Assembly: GCF_009914755.1 (NCBI RefSeq)
Contig: NC_060934.1
Reading direction: 5' to 3' (one strand)
DNA: 64,000 nucleotides
Source: the human T2T-CHM13v2.0 reference genome, Homo sapiens
The position numbers and the translations under genes are program-made. Shown here in pieces: positions 1 through 12,240 of the stretch; positions within the stretch are counted from its first letter, which is position 1, and every line of letters starts with the position of its first letter. The notes beneath the pieces are model-generated. The model worked only from the letters and a program-made list of their open reading frames with translations, had not been told where the DNA came from and did not search any database.

Positions 1-914
1 AAGACCAATTTAGCAGGAGTTTAACAACATCTTTTAGAAAAGCTCACAAGATAATATTGGAATTAAATTAATCAAATGGTGTATTCTAACATAACACCCG
101 TTTGAATATGCTAATGAGGTCAATCCTTGGAATAAAATGCACGCTATTCCCTGATTTAAATGCATCTGCATAGTTAGCTGACAATGAATCTTGCCCAAAC
201 CAGCCCGCCTAGCTCTGCTGCACCATTTATCAAAGGTTCAGTCACTTTTTCTTTTTAATTCCATGTCTTAAAAGCCAAACTCTAGTTCTAAAGTGCAGTG
301 TGGCATTAGCGAATGTGGTGGACTCCGGCAGGCCTGGGGCAGGGGAATCTCCGGTAACATCCCTCAGTACCGAAGGCAGGATTTCCCGGCCACTTCCGTC
401 GGTTGGAATTCTCTTAAGCATTGCCCTGAGTCTATTTTCAAATGAAAGGGGGAAAAACCCAAACCAGATTAGAATCTGAAACAGCTGAAACAGCTATCGA
501 TTTCCAGCTTGCTTTCAAGTCTGGCAGAGACTGTGAAAGTCCTAACTTCTCCGCGATGTCAGCCACGGCCCGCGGCGGTCACGGAGCCACTTCAGCACCT
601 CGCGATGGACAGTGACCCCCGGCGTGGCGCGAGTTCCCTGCGGTCCCCACGCGGGCCTGGGCGGCGGGTCCCTCCACGGCTCCGTCCAGACACCCGGAGG
701 CACCTGCCAAAGCTGCGGAGGTGGACGACCGGGCGTCCAAGCACGAACTTTCTCGCCGAGGCACGGCTGCCGGGCTCCGTCCTGAGGGTTTGGGGCGGCG
801 AGGACCGCCGGGGAGGAGGGCGCGCGAGCCGGAGGCCAGAGCCGGGCCGGGCAGGGCGCGCCCAGGAGCAGGGGAGACGGCGACCCGGGCCGAGGCGGGA
901 CGGGGACACGTTAC
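1..914 (-). other. TCERG1L: 5' part of TCERG1L intron 1
   Basis: Follows the GT donor at 914-913 on the minus strand; no further recognisable exon in 1-914. Confidence 0.85.
591..616 (+). promoter_or_regulatory. Non-canonical (7-nt spacer) RE1/NRSE REST site
   Basis: TTCAGCACC-TCGCGAT-GGACAGTGAC versus consensus TTCAGCACC-nn-GGACAGCGCC. Confidence 0.6.
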
Positions 915-1256
915 CTGCCCGTGGAGCGCGGGGAAGGGGTGCGCGGCGGCGGCGGCGGCGGAGTCTGGCGCAGAGGGCAGCGGCAGCAGCGGGAGCACCG
1001 GCTCGCTCGGGGCCGGCCAGCCGGGGAGACCGGGGAGCAGCGGGGCCGCGGGCGGCGGGGCCGAGGCGAGCAGCACCGGGGGAACCACGACCCCCGCGCT
1101 GAGCCGGAGCAGCCCGGCCGAGCCCGGCACCATCCAGACCCAGGGCGGCGGCGGCGGCGGCTCTGCGTCCATCGGCCAGAGGAGAGGCTGCCGCCGCCGG
1201 GGCTGCTGCTGCTGCAGCTGCCGCCGCCGCCGCTGGAACCTGGCGCCCGCCTGCAT
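915..1256 (-). CDS. TCERG1L: First coding exon (114 codons) of transcription elongation regulator 1-like; the gene continues leftwards out of the window
   Basis: ORF 579..1256(-) begins [45 protein letters not shown]...HPFPALHGQ, which I recognise as the TCERG1L N-terminus. A phase-0 donor CAG|GTAACG follows the Q114 codon (+ strand cgttac|ctg, intron starts at 914). 342 nt = 114 codons. Confidence 0.93.
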
Positions 1257-1257
1257 C

Positions 1258-1263
1258 CTACAT
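1258..1263 (-). promoter_or_regulatory. Minimal start-stop uORF (ATG TAG) in the 5'UTR, 1 nt upstream of the main ATG
   Basis: Minus strand reads gcgggg-ATG-TAG-G-ATG-CAG; + strand 1251-1263 is ctgcatcctacat. Confidence 0.75.
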
Positions 1264-4200
1264 CCCCGCGCTGACGGCGGCGGCGGGGGCGGCGGGCGCC
1301 CGAGATGCTGGGCCGGCGGCGGCGCGGCTCCGGAGCGAACTCACTTGGCTCCGCGGCGCGGCCGCTCGCTCCGCCCCTGCCCCGCGCGGGAAGCTCCTCC
1401 TCCTCCCGCCCGCGACGCCGCCGCCCCCGGACCCGGCCCCCGCCCCGGTCCCCGCCCGCCCGCGCCCCTCCCCGCCGGACCCCGCCCCGCCCTCGCGCTC
1501 CCCGGCCCTGGCCGGGGTCTCCTCCCCGCTGCGCCCCTGGACCCGGGCGGCCGCGGAGGACGTGGGTGGGAGAGGGCCGAGGGCGCGCCCGGCTGGGCTC
1601 CCGCCGATGCCGGCCCCCTGGTGGCCTCTGGCCCTCTGGGACCCAGCGCACCGCGAGGGAGGCTCCGGGCTCCGCACTCAAGGGCAAGCGGAAGCCGAGG
1701 TGGCGGCGCCGGAGCCAGGCATGTCCCGCTGCCCAGCGCGGGGCTGAGGGCGCAGACGGGGACCGCGCGAGCCGCTCTCTACCTGGCCTCCTCGGAGTCC
1801 AGGGCGCGGAGGGTACTGGGCTGCGGATCCGGCGCAGGCGGCCCCGGCGCAGGCGGCCCCGGACGCTGCTAGGCGCGGGCGGATTTCTGTTGCACAAACG
1901 GGCCAAACAGGTTCGTAAGGCCCCCGCGGGTCCCCTGGCCCGGAAGTTGAGCCGCGGGTGCCTGGTCTAAAGTTCCGCGCCCCACAGTGGCCCGCGGGCC
2001 TCGGCGGCTCCTGCCCTACGCCCTCCAAGGCACCAGGCAGGTGGCCCCAGGGCCTTTGCCCACGACACCCCCTGGGTGGGGCAGGACCACCCCTCTGTGA
2101 ATTCGTCCTGGATGCCCCCAGGCACAGTCTGTACTCCTCCCTCCCCCAGCACACGCGGCCTCTGACGCTGCACGCCGAGCTTCCTGGGACCCCGGACGAA
2201 CCGGGCTCCAAGGACCCTCGCTCCGCCCGGACCACACGCAGGCAGCGCCGGCCGAGCCGAGCCTGGGTCCGCACTGGCCACGCGCAGCCACCGCCAGACG
2301 GCGCTAGCCCTCCCCCGCTGTAGACCCTGCTTCGGAGGCCGCCAGCCTCCTCCCCATCCCGGGCCACAGCTTCAGTGCAGCCCCTGGCGACGCGCGCTGA
2401 CAGCTGGGCAGAGACTTCCGTGCGCTGTAAACCCCTTAGGTCGCTAAACCCAGGAAACCCAAGCACAGCTAATGCCAGCGCGAGACCAGTGTTGTTAGAG
2501 GCATTTGAAGGGTCTTTCTGGATGCAAAAGGCAGCATTATGATCCATGCATTTAAGAACTTGCATGAAAAACCCTCCCTGACCTGGGTGGGAGAGCAGGC
2601 ACCCACCCACCCAGCGGCACTGACACGCCTGGTACTCCAAACCCGTGTTCGCATCACCTCCCACCTGTCCACTGCCAACCTCCTGAGATGGCCTAAAGCA
2701 CCCGAGTGCTTTTAATTTGCGTCTAGGGTTGTTTCCTCATTATCCTGATTTGCTTAATTTCCTCTTGGCCTGGCCTGATTTCTTTTAGATCTGGGCATAT
2801 GCTGATTTACATAGCTGGCGCCTCCATATTTTCCTCCACGAAAACCAGTTTTCAATTAGCAAGTTTATCTCTCTCTTTGATGCAAAAGTACTGGCATTTT
2901 TTTTATTCACCTAAAATCAGAAAGCTCTGCACATTAGAAGGCTGTTACTATTCACTTACACCCTTAATTTATGTGCATATATTAGTATGTGCACATGTGT
3001 TATAAATGTGTTAGTTTAATGGTCAGAGCCAGATCAGGATATTGGGGAGGCGTCTCCAGGCAGGCTCACATGCCCCTGCCACCCCCCACCTCCCCCACCG
3101 CATAGTCCCTTTTGCACAGGAGATTCTCCTTCCTTCTGCTTGGAGGCAGAGACAGAAGGCCAGGGGTGCTCGTGCCTGGCTTGCATGCTGTTCTCTGCAA
3201 AAGCAGGGTTTTGCGTGTGTGGCCCCCAGGTTCCTGGGAAGGTAGGGTTGGCCACAGTCTGTGGGAGCTGTAGCACTCCTTTGGGGAATCCCAGCCCCAT
3301 CCCCACTGTCCTAGAAAGGGTTCTGCTGAAGTCCGTTTTTGCCAGCGCCCCTCCAGGCTTCCTGATGCTCTGAGCTCAGGACCCCTTGAGCCACTACTTG
3401 GCTCTGAAGAAGAGCTGGAAAGTCGAAAGCAGCTCTTGACTCAACCACAAAGCGGCCTAAACTCTTGCTATTTCCTGCCACAAGCTTGACTCTCCTTTTG
3501 TATGACAATGCTTGGGAGCCCTTTTCTGTACCATTCTGTGTGCTAAATTATGGGAAAACAGCCCTCAACGACGCAGGCACGGCCATTTCCACTAATCGTT
3601 GCTAGGGCCAAGGACCCAGCACAGGGCTTCTCCCCCTCCTCCTGGCTCTCATTTCTGTCAGATTCTTTTCAAGGTTTGCCTCTCATCCCGTTTAACCCGG
3701 GAACCTTCTACACCCTCATGGATAGGAGAAGCCCCCTCATAGATACACTCATTTCAATGATTGTTTAGAAGGACCGCCTCCATGAACCGGTTCTGCAAAT
3801 GTCATTTGTACATCTTGAGGATGGTTGAAAGAGCGAAGGCAAAGAAGATGCAAAGAAGACAGCTGTCACACAAACAAGCAGGATGCCACCTTCTTCCTGG
3901 GGACCAGAAGCCAGGTGAATGTCTAGCTTTGAGCTGGGACTCTCTGCCAGAGAGATGTGTGCTGGCAGGCACATCTCCCTCCCTGTGAGTGCCCCCAGAG
4001 GTCAGCCCTGGGCAGACAGGTGGCAGGCACCCCATAAACTCGCCCTTTGTTTCCCTGTAAAAATCAGTGAGAAATTTGCTTTATAAAGCATCTTAGGTAC
4101 AGTCTAGTCTCCAGCTCTCCTATCCAATAAAAACAACCTTAAGTCTTTCCATGTTATTTGGGCAAAACCAGCAGAAATTTCCTGCTAAGCTGAGACAGGA

Positions 4201-5301
4201 TATCACCTAGGAAGAGGAGATCCGCAGCAGGGAAAACGTGTGAATTACCTACATGTGCTAATGAGTTCCCGATTGTTTATTACCTTTCAGGAAAATATCA
4301 TGGGGAAGGTTTCAGAGACATCAGTGGAATAAGATTTTGAAGCCCATAGAATATTTTTTTCTTTTTGGAAGTTATTTTATTTTGTTTTTCTAAGTAAAAC
4401 CTAATAGAATCCCAAAATGGGAGAGATGAAAACATTTCCTTCCAGCCCTGCAGAGTTAAAGTAAACAGCAGGGAAACAGGAGGGAGGTCTAGGCCCTGCA
4501 TATCACCTCGGAGGTTCCCTGCACCACCCACCGCCCACGCTGCCAGAACTTCTTTCCAAAGCAATTGCCAATCAGACCAACTCCTTTCTGAACACTCGCC
4601 AGCTGCGCGATGATGAGGCCCTGAATGAAAGCCGTGCCAGCGAGGACCCAGAGAAGGAATCAGCAGTGTGACACCTGACTCAGTGCAGGGTGAGGAGCAG
4701 GAGGGTGTGAGAGTGGCTCCCCCTGTTCTGTGAGACTGGGGAGAGCCTGGAAAGTCTGTGCTCAGAGATGAGGAGCCCTCTGGGATGCACCATGGGCCAA
4801 GAGGTTGGCGAAGACGTGCTGACCTGGAGGGCTCCAAGGTCACCTGGAAAGACTTATCCTCTTCACAATTGAAAACTTCAGCCAGGAGTTCAGGAGCAAG
4901 GTCTTGGATGGAGCCACAGAACTGAAATTAACACAAAAATCGAGAGTGGCAGCTGTCCGTAGTGATTGTGATCAAAGATGTGGGTGGGATCGCCCAAGGC
5001 AAGCACAGAGTGGGAAGAGGAGAGGCCACTCATGGAATCAAGTGACGGGAAGTGAGGCTCCCAGCGAAAGACAGAGCGAGGTACACTGGGCCCACAGGCC
5101 GCCTGGGCAGCCAGGAGCATGCTTGTCTGATAAAGGCTGTTATTACTGTTATTTTTGTTATCAGTGTGTTACTGTAGCATATCTGGAAAATACTGCGGAG
5201 CATTATGAGTCAGAACCCCTCAGGGAGAAGCAGTGCTAACCTTTCGGTGACCTCTGTACAATCATTTTTTCTCCTCACTTCTCTCTCTCTCTAACGTGTA
5301 T

Positions 5302-5303
<2 letters not shown>

Positions 5304-5335
<32 letters not shown>
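5304..5335. repeat. (TG)n microsatellite, preceded by (CT)n
   Basis: About 16 uninterrupted GT units. Confidence 0.95.
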
Positions 5336-5337
<2 letters not shown>

Positions 5338-6644
5338 TATGAATAATATATTGCATCTTGTAATACAGTATTACATTTTATATTAAATTGCATTTTCTAA
5401 TAAATAGCTTTAATGCAGCCTGTACTATATGTAACCTTAAATCTTATTTTTCACCCAGTATCGCAACATAAGCATTTCCCCACATTATTTAAAAATCTTA
5501 GAAGAACCCACTTATCAATAGCAGAGCAAATACCCCATGGAGGACAGATGGAGGTTCAGGTCGGGGCACCCTGTCGTGTGAATTTGCATCCACTGTGCTG
5601 ACTTTCTGCAACTGTCGAAGGACCACACGTGTGAAAAGAGCCACCCAGAAGCTGGTGCAGAGCAGGTGCTTAGTGCACATCGCTCCCCCCAAGCCTTCAC
5701 CAAGGCAGATGAGTAGTTTGTGGCCTGTTTGTTTAAACAATGTGTACCTGTGTTCATAATTGAGAGACAGGGACCCCCACATGGAGTCAGGCAGGAAAAA
5801 GGCAGCTGCGGAGAGCCCCTCGCCTGTTTGGCCTGTGCCTCTGCCTACCTGGTTTGTACCCTCCGAGTCCTGGGACTCCCTGGCCTCCACGCACTCACTG
5901 TTTTCCTTCCAGGGCAGCTACAGGCCTGGAGCCAGGAGCCCCCTGGCCTCGCGTGTGGCGTTCAGGTCCACTTTGGCTATGTATCTTCATAAGCATCTTT
6001 ATGTTTAGAAATGCATGTTCCCCGGCCCTCAGGAATCCCTTCCTCTGAAGCAGCTCTCCAGCCTTTCTGGGGCCCAGCCCATGTGTGCACGGAGCAGCCC
6101 ATGTTGGCTGAGGGACAGTGAGCTCCATGGAGCCCGCTTCCCAGCGCCCTGTCCCTCTGCCAGCCTGAGGCTCCCCGCACAGTCGCTGCCTGCTGCCTGG
6201 TGCAGCCCTCGCTGGTCTGGCCCTCAGGCTCTGGGTAGCACTGCTGCCTACACAGACCCAGTGGACGCAGGGCTCCTGGGTCCCTGCCTGCTCATGATGC
6301 TGCTGCCCAAACCCTGGTGACATTTCTGAACACATTTCTTCCACCTCCCCTGACAAACGTACCTGAAAGAGGCACCAAACTTCCTTCAGTCTTCAGCACT
6401 CAGAAATGCGATTACAGAACAGCCCCGCTCTGGATTTCCTCACGTCTCACTTTCCCCGTGGAGGGCTCAGGCACCAGCAGCCGCCAGCCCCAAAATGTCC
6501 CCCTTCCCCTCTGCCCCAGCATCGAGGTCCTCTTGAGGCCTGACCCCCTTCATGAGGCAACTCGCCTAGGCCCTCCGCTTCCTTCTGTGGTCCAGGATGC
6601 TGGCCACAGACTCACCATGGTGGGTTGACTGTGTCCTCCTCCTC

Positions 6645-6669
6645 CAAACAAACAAACAAACAAACAAAA
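6645..6669. repeat. (CAAA)n microsatellite
   Basis: caaacaaacaaacaaacaaacaaaa. Confidence 0.9.
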
Positions 6670-9269
6670 CTGTCTACCCTATAACTGTGTTTGAAAAAAT
6701 GGACTTTGCAGCTATAGTTAAGACAAGGATCTTGAAATGAGAACAGGCTGGTTACCAGCATATCCAAGGATACATTTAATGTTAACAATTTATTTTTGAA
6801 TATGTTAGAATATTTATTTTGTAGTATAAAAATTAACTTCATAATCAAAGGCTGGTGATATAAATAATAAAATATCTATATGATAAAATACTCTCTGCCA
6901 TGAAAGTATTGTTACAGAAGAATATTAATTGAAGTGAAAATAATTACATATTCTATTTTTAAGTAAAAAAGTTAATCAACCTACCCGTCTACCTATCTAT
7001 AGATCATCTGTGAGACATACAAGAAATGTCCCAAATCATGCAGTGGGCAGAGGTTGCATGGACTGTGATAAAACCCCAGGCCTGGGCTGTGGCTCCCAGG
7101 ATGCTCAGGTCCAGATTGAGCCCCTGGTGGGAACAAAGCTCCTCTCTTTACCAAGCCCTCCACCCTCCATGCCCCTATTCTCTCATCCCCCACCTCCCAC
7201 CCTCCACTCTCCAATCGCCGCTTTTCTTCCCACTGCCTGCCCTCCCATCCTTCATCCTCCATAAGATGCTTCCCAAGGCCCTCACTGTACCAGGGTCCTG
7301 CCACACATGTGCCCCTCTGTCTGGTTCGGTGGAGAGTCCCTGGATGGCAAGAACCATGTGTTCTTCCTTCTTCTCTTCCACTGCACGCTGTAAGAAGTTA
7401 ATAAATGCTTAAGGAAGGACACAGAAGAACCCTCGTGCTGTAGGGAAGACCCAGGCCGGGATCCCTGGGAAGCTCATGCCTGAACCCCATGGATGAATCC
7501 AAGAGGAAACTGCCTTATGCCCACATCCACCCAACAGAAGTGCAGCGAGGCTTTGCAGGTGAGCTCTGTAGGGGTTTCCTAGCCAAGGGGAGGACGGGGT
7601 CCAGCCAGGCCACTTGCCCAGCCACGCCCAGTATAGGGATGTGCCCACCTAGAGGGCACCTTTGTGAGAGTCACATCAAGGCAGCCTGGGGATGGATCCT
7701 AGCAAAGCCCAGCCCTTGCCCACTCCCTCATTTGTTCTGCTTCTTAGACCTGGGAATACCTGGGACGGCAGGGAGGTAGAAGGGAGAGGGAAGAGGAGAA
7801 GGAAGGGCAAAAGCCTGTGGGGAGGGGGCAGGAAGGTCAGAGACTGAAGGACAAGCTCCTGGCTCTGAGGGGGACACCCTGAGCTTGCCCCCCTCACCCA
7901 TGACTGCTTCCTGTGCCCTTTACTACCCCACTACTGCCTGGCAGCATCCGGCTGCTAGAAGAGGGGACGGGGGTCTTTAATCTTATCCGAAGATGACTTA
8001 CAAGACATAAAAGGAGGAGAAAGGACGCAGCGTGGTGCGGTGCATTCTGACAGCCATGCAATTCCTCTGCCTCCTGCTCACTTCACACATATGGTGGTAT
8101 GATTTGTGGGGTTTGGTGACGTGAAATCATTTGCATTTTCTCTACAAACCTTGTGCAAACAACTAGAAAGCTACACTGATTCGTGTTAAGCAGGCATTTA
8201 CCAGTCAGAAAACACACAAACTTCCCATTTTGACACAAACGTCTCTACTCCCATGTAGTAGCTTCTGGTGCAGGAGCCTGCAGATCCCGTGCGGATGAAG
8301 CCACTGTGTTAGCCCTGCTCCCATCTGTCCCGCTGCAAGGTGCACCTGCCTGATTTCTTATCTGGAGCTAAGATGGCGATGCGGCTCCCTGCCTCCAGGT
8401 TCCATCACTGTGTGGGCATGTCACACCCGGACACCTAAGAGGGGCTGCAATTGGGAAGCAGGTGACAACAAACCCATTGCTTGGAAATAATTCAAGAAGA
8501 AAAGTGGCCTTGTCCGACTTGGGGTTACTGTCCATGATCGAGTGTGTTTTTAACATAGTTTCACTGTTTGGGGGCAAAACTAGCAGCACAAGGCCCCCCG
8601 TGGCCAAGGAGCAGCCTGCTGTGCCTGCTCTGAGCAGGTGGAAGCTTTGGCAGAACGCGCTCTGCAGTGTCTGCTTCTCTCTGGAAGCCAATCAGCCTCC
8701 TCTGCACATGGATTCCATTCTGCTCGGAGACTGTTATCACCCTACAGCCCCCAAACAGTGGAGAGGCAGATTCCCACCAGGCTCAAATTAGCAAATCTCC
8801 AATGCACAGGGTCTGAATTCACGACCGAACCCCAAACACATTTCTCTAGAGGCACCAGAAGAATGAGAGTGGTCTGCACATTTCTGGTAGCTCAGCTTCT
8901 GCAGCCTGTGCTTGAGCTGATCAGACTTCTAAAGATATTCCCACACCTCCCATTCTGCCAGTGACATCTAAGCTAGCAGTGCCCGTGGTGCAGCCTGGCT
9001 GTACAATAGGATTATCAATGCCCCAATTCGGCCCACAGTGTGTGCTGCGGATGGGAGCTTAGAGCACAAAGAATAAGAGTGGAAGAGGTATTCCTTCAGC
9101 AGACCCAGCTATCGACAGGCCTCATCAGGCCAGGGTGAAGCCCTCCCTCTGTGTGTGCAGGAGTCCCCAAGAGCTTGGTTTAACATTTGGTCATGATATG
9201 CGCAGATGAAGGGCCATGCGGCTCGTGGTCATTAGACATGCACACAGAAGCCAGATATTATCCTAAGCT

Positions 9270-9435
9270 ATTACACACATCACTTCACTAAATCCATCCC
9301 AAAGTGCCATGAAGACGGTATGTTCCTGTTCCTGTTTAAAGGATGAGAAACCGAGGCAAAGAGAAATTTGGCAATCTGCCCAGGACTCCGAGGCTGATCC
9401 TTAGTGGGGGCTGGGATTCAGACTCAAGCAGCCTC
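9270..9435 (-). mobile_element. MIR SINE remnant
   Basis: Core-like 'tttaaaggatgagaaaccgaggcaaagagaaatttggcaatctgcccagga...ggattcagactcaagcag'. Confidence 0.7.
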
Positions 9436-11376
9436 CCACAGCCCAGGCTTTCTAGGAAAGGAGGCCAAAGGATCAGAGAGTAGCTGAGGTGGTGGGGACA
9501 CCTGGTGACCGAGGACATATCCGTACTAGCCCTCTGCACAGGCTCCCACTCTTCCCTTCTCTTTGGAATCATGTCTGTGACTGTGGAGCTGCACATATTC
9601 CCAAGAGGTGGCAACTCTGGACGCAGCAATCCTAGTCCCTTTAAACCCCAATCTCTACATCTCTACTCTCACTAGTCAATTTTGTCTCAACAAAAAAAAG
9701 AGGAGACTAAGTATGTTCTCTTCACCGTCGATTGTCTTAATATGTTTCACCTTGATAAAATAGTCTTAGGGTAAGGAAAAAATAGAATTTCATAGAAGAT
9801 AGTCTATTTTTTCTTTCCTGAAGAGTTAACTTAAATAATTCTGTGCATTCAGGGAATTCTGCCTCTTAACCTTTCCTTTGACTCTTCCTGCTCATTAATA
9901 AATACATTGAGATATGCTTGCCTTGGGACCAGTCCCTGGGGCATCTGACTTCTGACCTTTTTCCATGTTCAGAATTAGATGGGGCAAGAGTTTTGATTAT
10001 CTAAGGAGCTAAGAGGTAAAATAGAAATACGCCCATGAGACTGTGGGGCCTGAGAGAGAATAGGGTTTCACGGGGGTCTGGGAGGGCAGCGGGGCCACCT
10101 CAAGCTGAATCACCTGCTCTGTGGCTTCTGTGAAACCAGACAGGGTGGGAAGGACTCCAGCAAAGAGCCAGACCCCTCCCTGCACAAGAGCCAGCCCATA
10201 AGACGTCCTTACACCATTGAGGGAAGATTCCCAGTGGCTCCAACTTTCAAGCCCTCAAGCAGATCATAAGGATCTGCCTCTCCTATGAGCCGGGAGTCCA
10301 TGGGCCAGGTCCAGGGTGTGTCAGCCTTGACCACCTCCCTGGGGCCTTAGGAGAGAACACTTTTCCTTGGCACAGTCAGAGAAAAAGGCCAAAAAAAAAA
10401 GAAAGAAAAGAAAAGAAAAATGTAAAATGTAAAATGTCCAGGGCAGGGAAGAGAGTGAAGCCTGTTTCACCCCATGCTTTTTATCCTGAGAGAACAGTTC
10501 CTTTCACCCAACCAGACACAGCCTCATGCATCCCAGAGCCGAGCCCCAGGCTGGGACTGAGGCTGGCAGCTGCCACAGGCCTCAGCTTTGTGGGCCAGAG
10601 TGCTGCACACCGGATTGAAGCCCACCCACAGGCAAGGGAGCTGCAGGAGCTTCAGGACCCTTGGCTTCTCAACAAACCCCTGCTGCTGCTCCGAGGGGCT
10701 GGCCTGGGGCACCCAAGGCCACTCAGACAGCTGAGGTGGGGGCCAGGATCCTGGGCCCCTGGGCCCAGTGCAGTGCTCTTCCTTCTATCAGCAAGACGAG
10801 GACCAGTCACTGCTGGACAAACTGGTTTTGGAAAGAGAGGGCACCCTTGTGGACTATCACATATAAAGGTCCTGTCCCTGCCAGAGCCAGCCAGAGCCGC
10901 CTGGGGTGAGTCCACAAGGAGTGCAGCGTGGGGGCTGCAGCCTCTTCCCAGCAGGTCCCAGCACCCGCCTTTCTGCAAGTCGGCCTGCTCGCATTTGGGA
11001 AAGCGAAACACTCATAGGAAGCGACAGCCACACCGCATCTCAATAAAGAGGCGGGAGGGGAAAGAAAGCCTTCCTGTTATGCACCTTCTCCCCAAAGCCT
11101 TCTGACTAAACACAGGGAATGAAGAGAGGGAGAGAGCCTGCTCCTGGGAGGCTCCTCTGCCCTCAGGGCAGCCTGAAAGCAGCCCCGCAGGGCTGAGCAG
11201 AACCGAGTTTTCTGATTTTTAGCAATAACCTGCTCACTGCCTGCATTCCAGGCACCAGACACGGCGCCTTGTGTAGCTCACCCTGGCCATCTCAGGGCCC
11301 AGGCAGCCTTGGAGGAAAGTGGGCTGCAGTAGTCAAGGAAGTTAACTGGGGCCTGAAACTCCTGCCTCAGCTACAC

Positions 11377-11574
11377 AAAGCTGGTTTATGTATATTACCA
11401 ACAAACCAAGTGTACTTTAGTGCAAGAAACATTATTTGAGATTAAAGAGGGCAGCACATAATAAAATAACAGGAAGATGTAAGCGTTCTAATCGTTCATG
11501 TACCTAACAATAGAACCTTAAAATATATGAAATGAATATCAGCAGAATTTTTTTTAAAGTAGACAAATTAATCA
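11377..11574 (+). repeat. Local non-tandem duplicate of 14643-14839 (L1 ORF2-derived)
   Basis: Direct alignment by eye, about 16 differences over ~198 bp. Confidence 0.9.
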
Positions 11575-12240
11575 ATTTTCCTGGCGGGTTTGAATTCCAG
11601 AGTCCAACGTCCCACGGCTCTGCCGCCCCTTCCCTGCCTGTCGGGTGCCTACTTCTCCCCTAAGCTTTTCAGAATGAGGAAAGAGAGAGGATTTCTTTTA
11701 TCCTTCCACTCATACCACTTTCAGAGATATTTTTCCATATCCTTGTCCTAGTTTTACTTCTCTACAGTTCCAGGAGCCAGCTGGGTCACCACTCGCCCTT
11801 CCTCCTGCTGGGAGGGGAGCCTCGTTCTTCTCTTCCCCCTCCCAGCAGGGGAGCCCAGGCAGGTGCCAGGGCAGCCACTCCCCTGACTGCCACTGGGGAG
11901 GGAGGAGAGAAAGGCGGGGGCAGGCTAGGGGTCCGGGGCTGTCCAGAAACCCCTCCCATCCTACCCTGAGAATCACTGAAATGTGAGCTGCATGTGGCAG
12001 GGTGTGGCTCTGTCCTCAGAATCTGGGACATGACAGACTGACACTTCTATATGCCCTTGCTGAATGAGGATCTTATCAGGTACATGTGTTGAAAAACCTT
12101 TCCAGTATGAAACAGTTTTTCAATGATATGGTTACAATGTTTAAAAAGTGCAAGGCTGAATTGGCCAAGAAGAAGAGGAGATCCTGAGAGAAAACCTACA
12201 GTAAAGAGAGGCAGAGAAGCAGAGCCTCCATCCAACCAGC

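Larger units (their letters stand above)
540..2420. promoter_or_regulatory. CpG island / TATA-less GC-box promoter of TCERG1L
   Basis: Very high GC and CpG density, several CCCCGCCC (Sp/KLF) boxes at ~1437-1491 and CCG/GGC runs; spans exon 1. Confidence 0.92.

Noticed and set aside
579-914. C-terminal part of the 225-aa ORF 579..1256
   Set aside because: Read-through into intron 1 beyond the GT donor; not part of the TCERG1L protein as I recall it.
945-1232. Short GGC/CTG/CCG runs encoding poly-Ala, -Pro, -Gln and -Arg in exon 1 as expansion candidates
   Set aside because: Runs of only about 4-6 units, ordinary for GC-rich first exons.
509-2664. Long overlapping ORFs in the CpG island (e.g. 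721..1872 +, 911..1906 -, 1678..2664 -)
   Set aside because: Stop-codon depletion in very GC-rich DNA. Several start at GTG/TTG, and they encode low-complexity G/R/P/A peptides with no recognisable domain.
7645-9616. CTCF-like motifs (cacctagagggcac ~7646; ccaagaggtggcaa ~9602)
   Set aside because: Each has mismatches at informative core positions and cannot be supported without PWM or ChIP data.
10434-11105. 223-aa ATG-initiated ORF
   Set aside because: No recognisable domain or exon structure; compatible with a chance ORF in GC-rich DNA.
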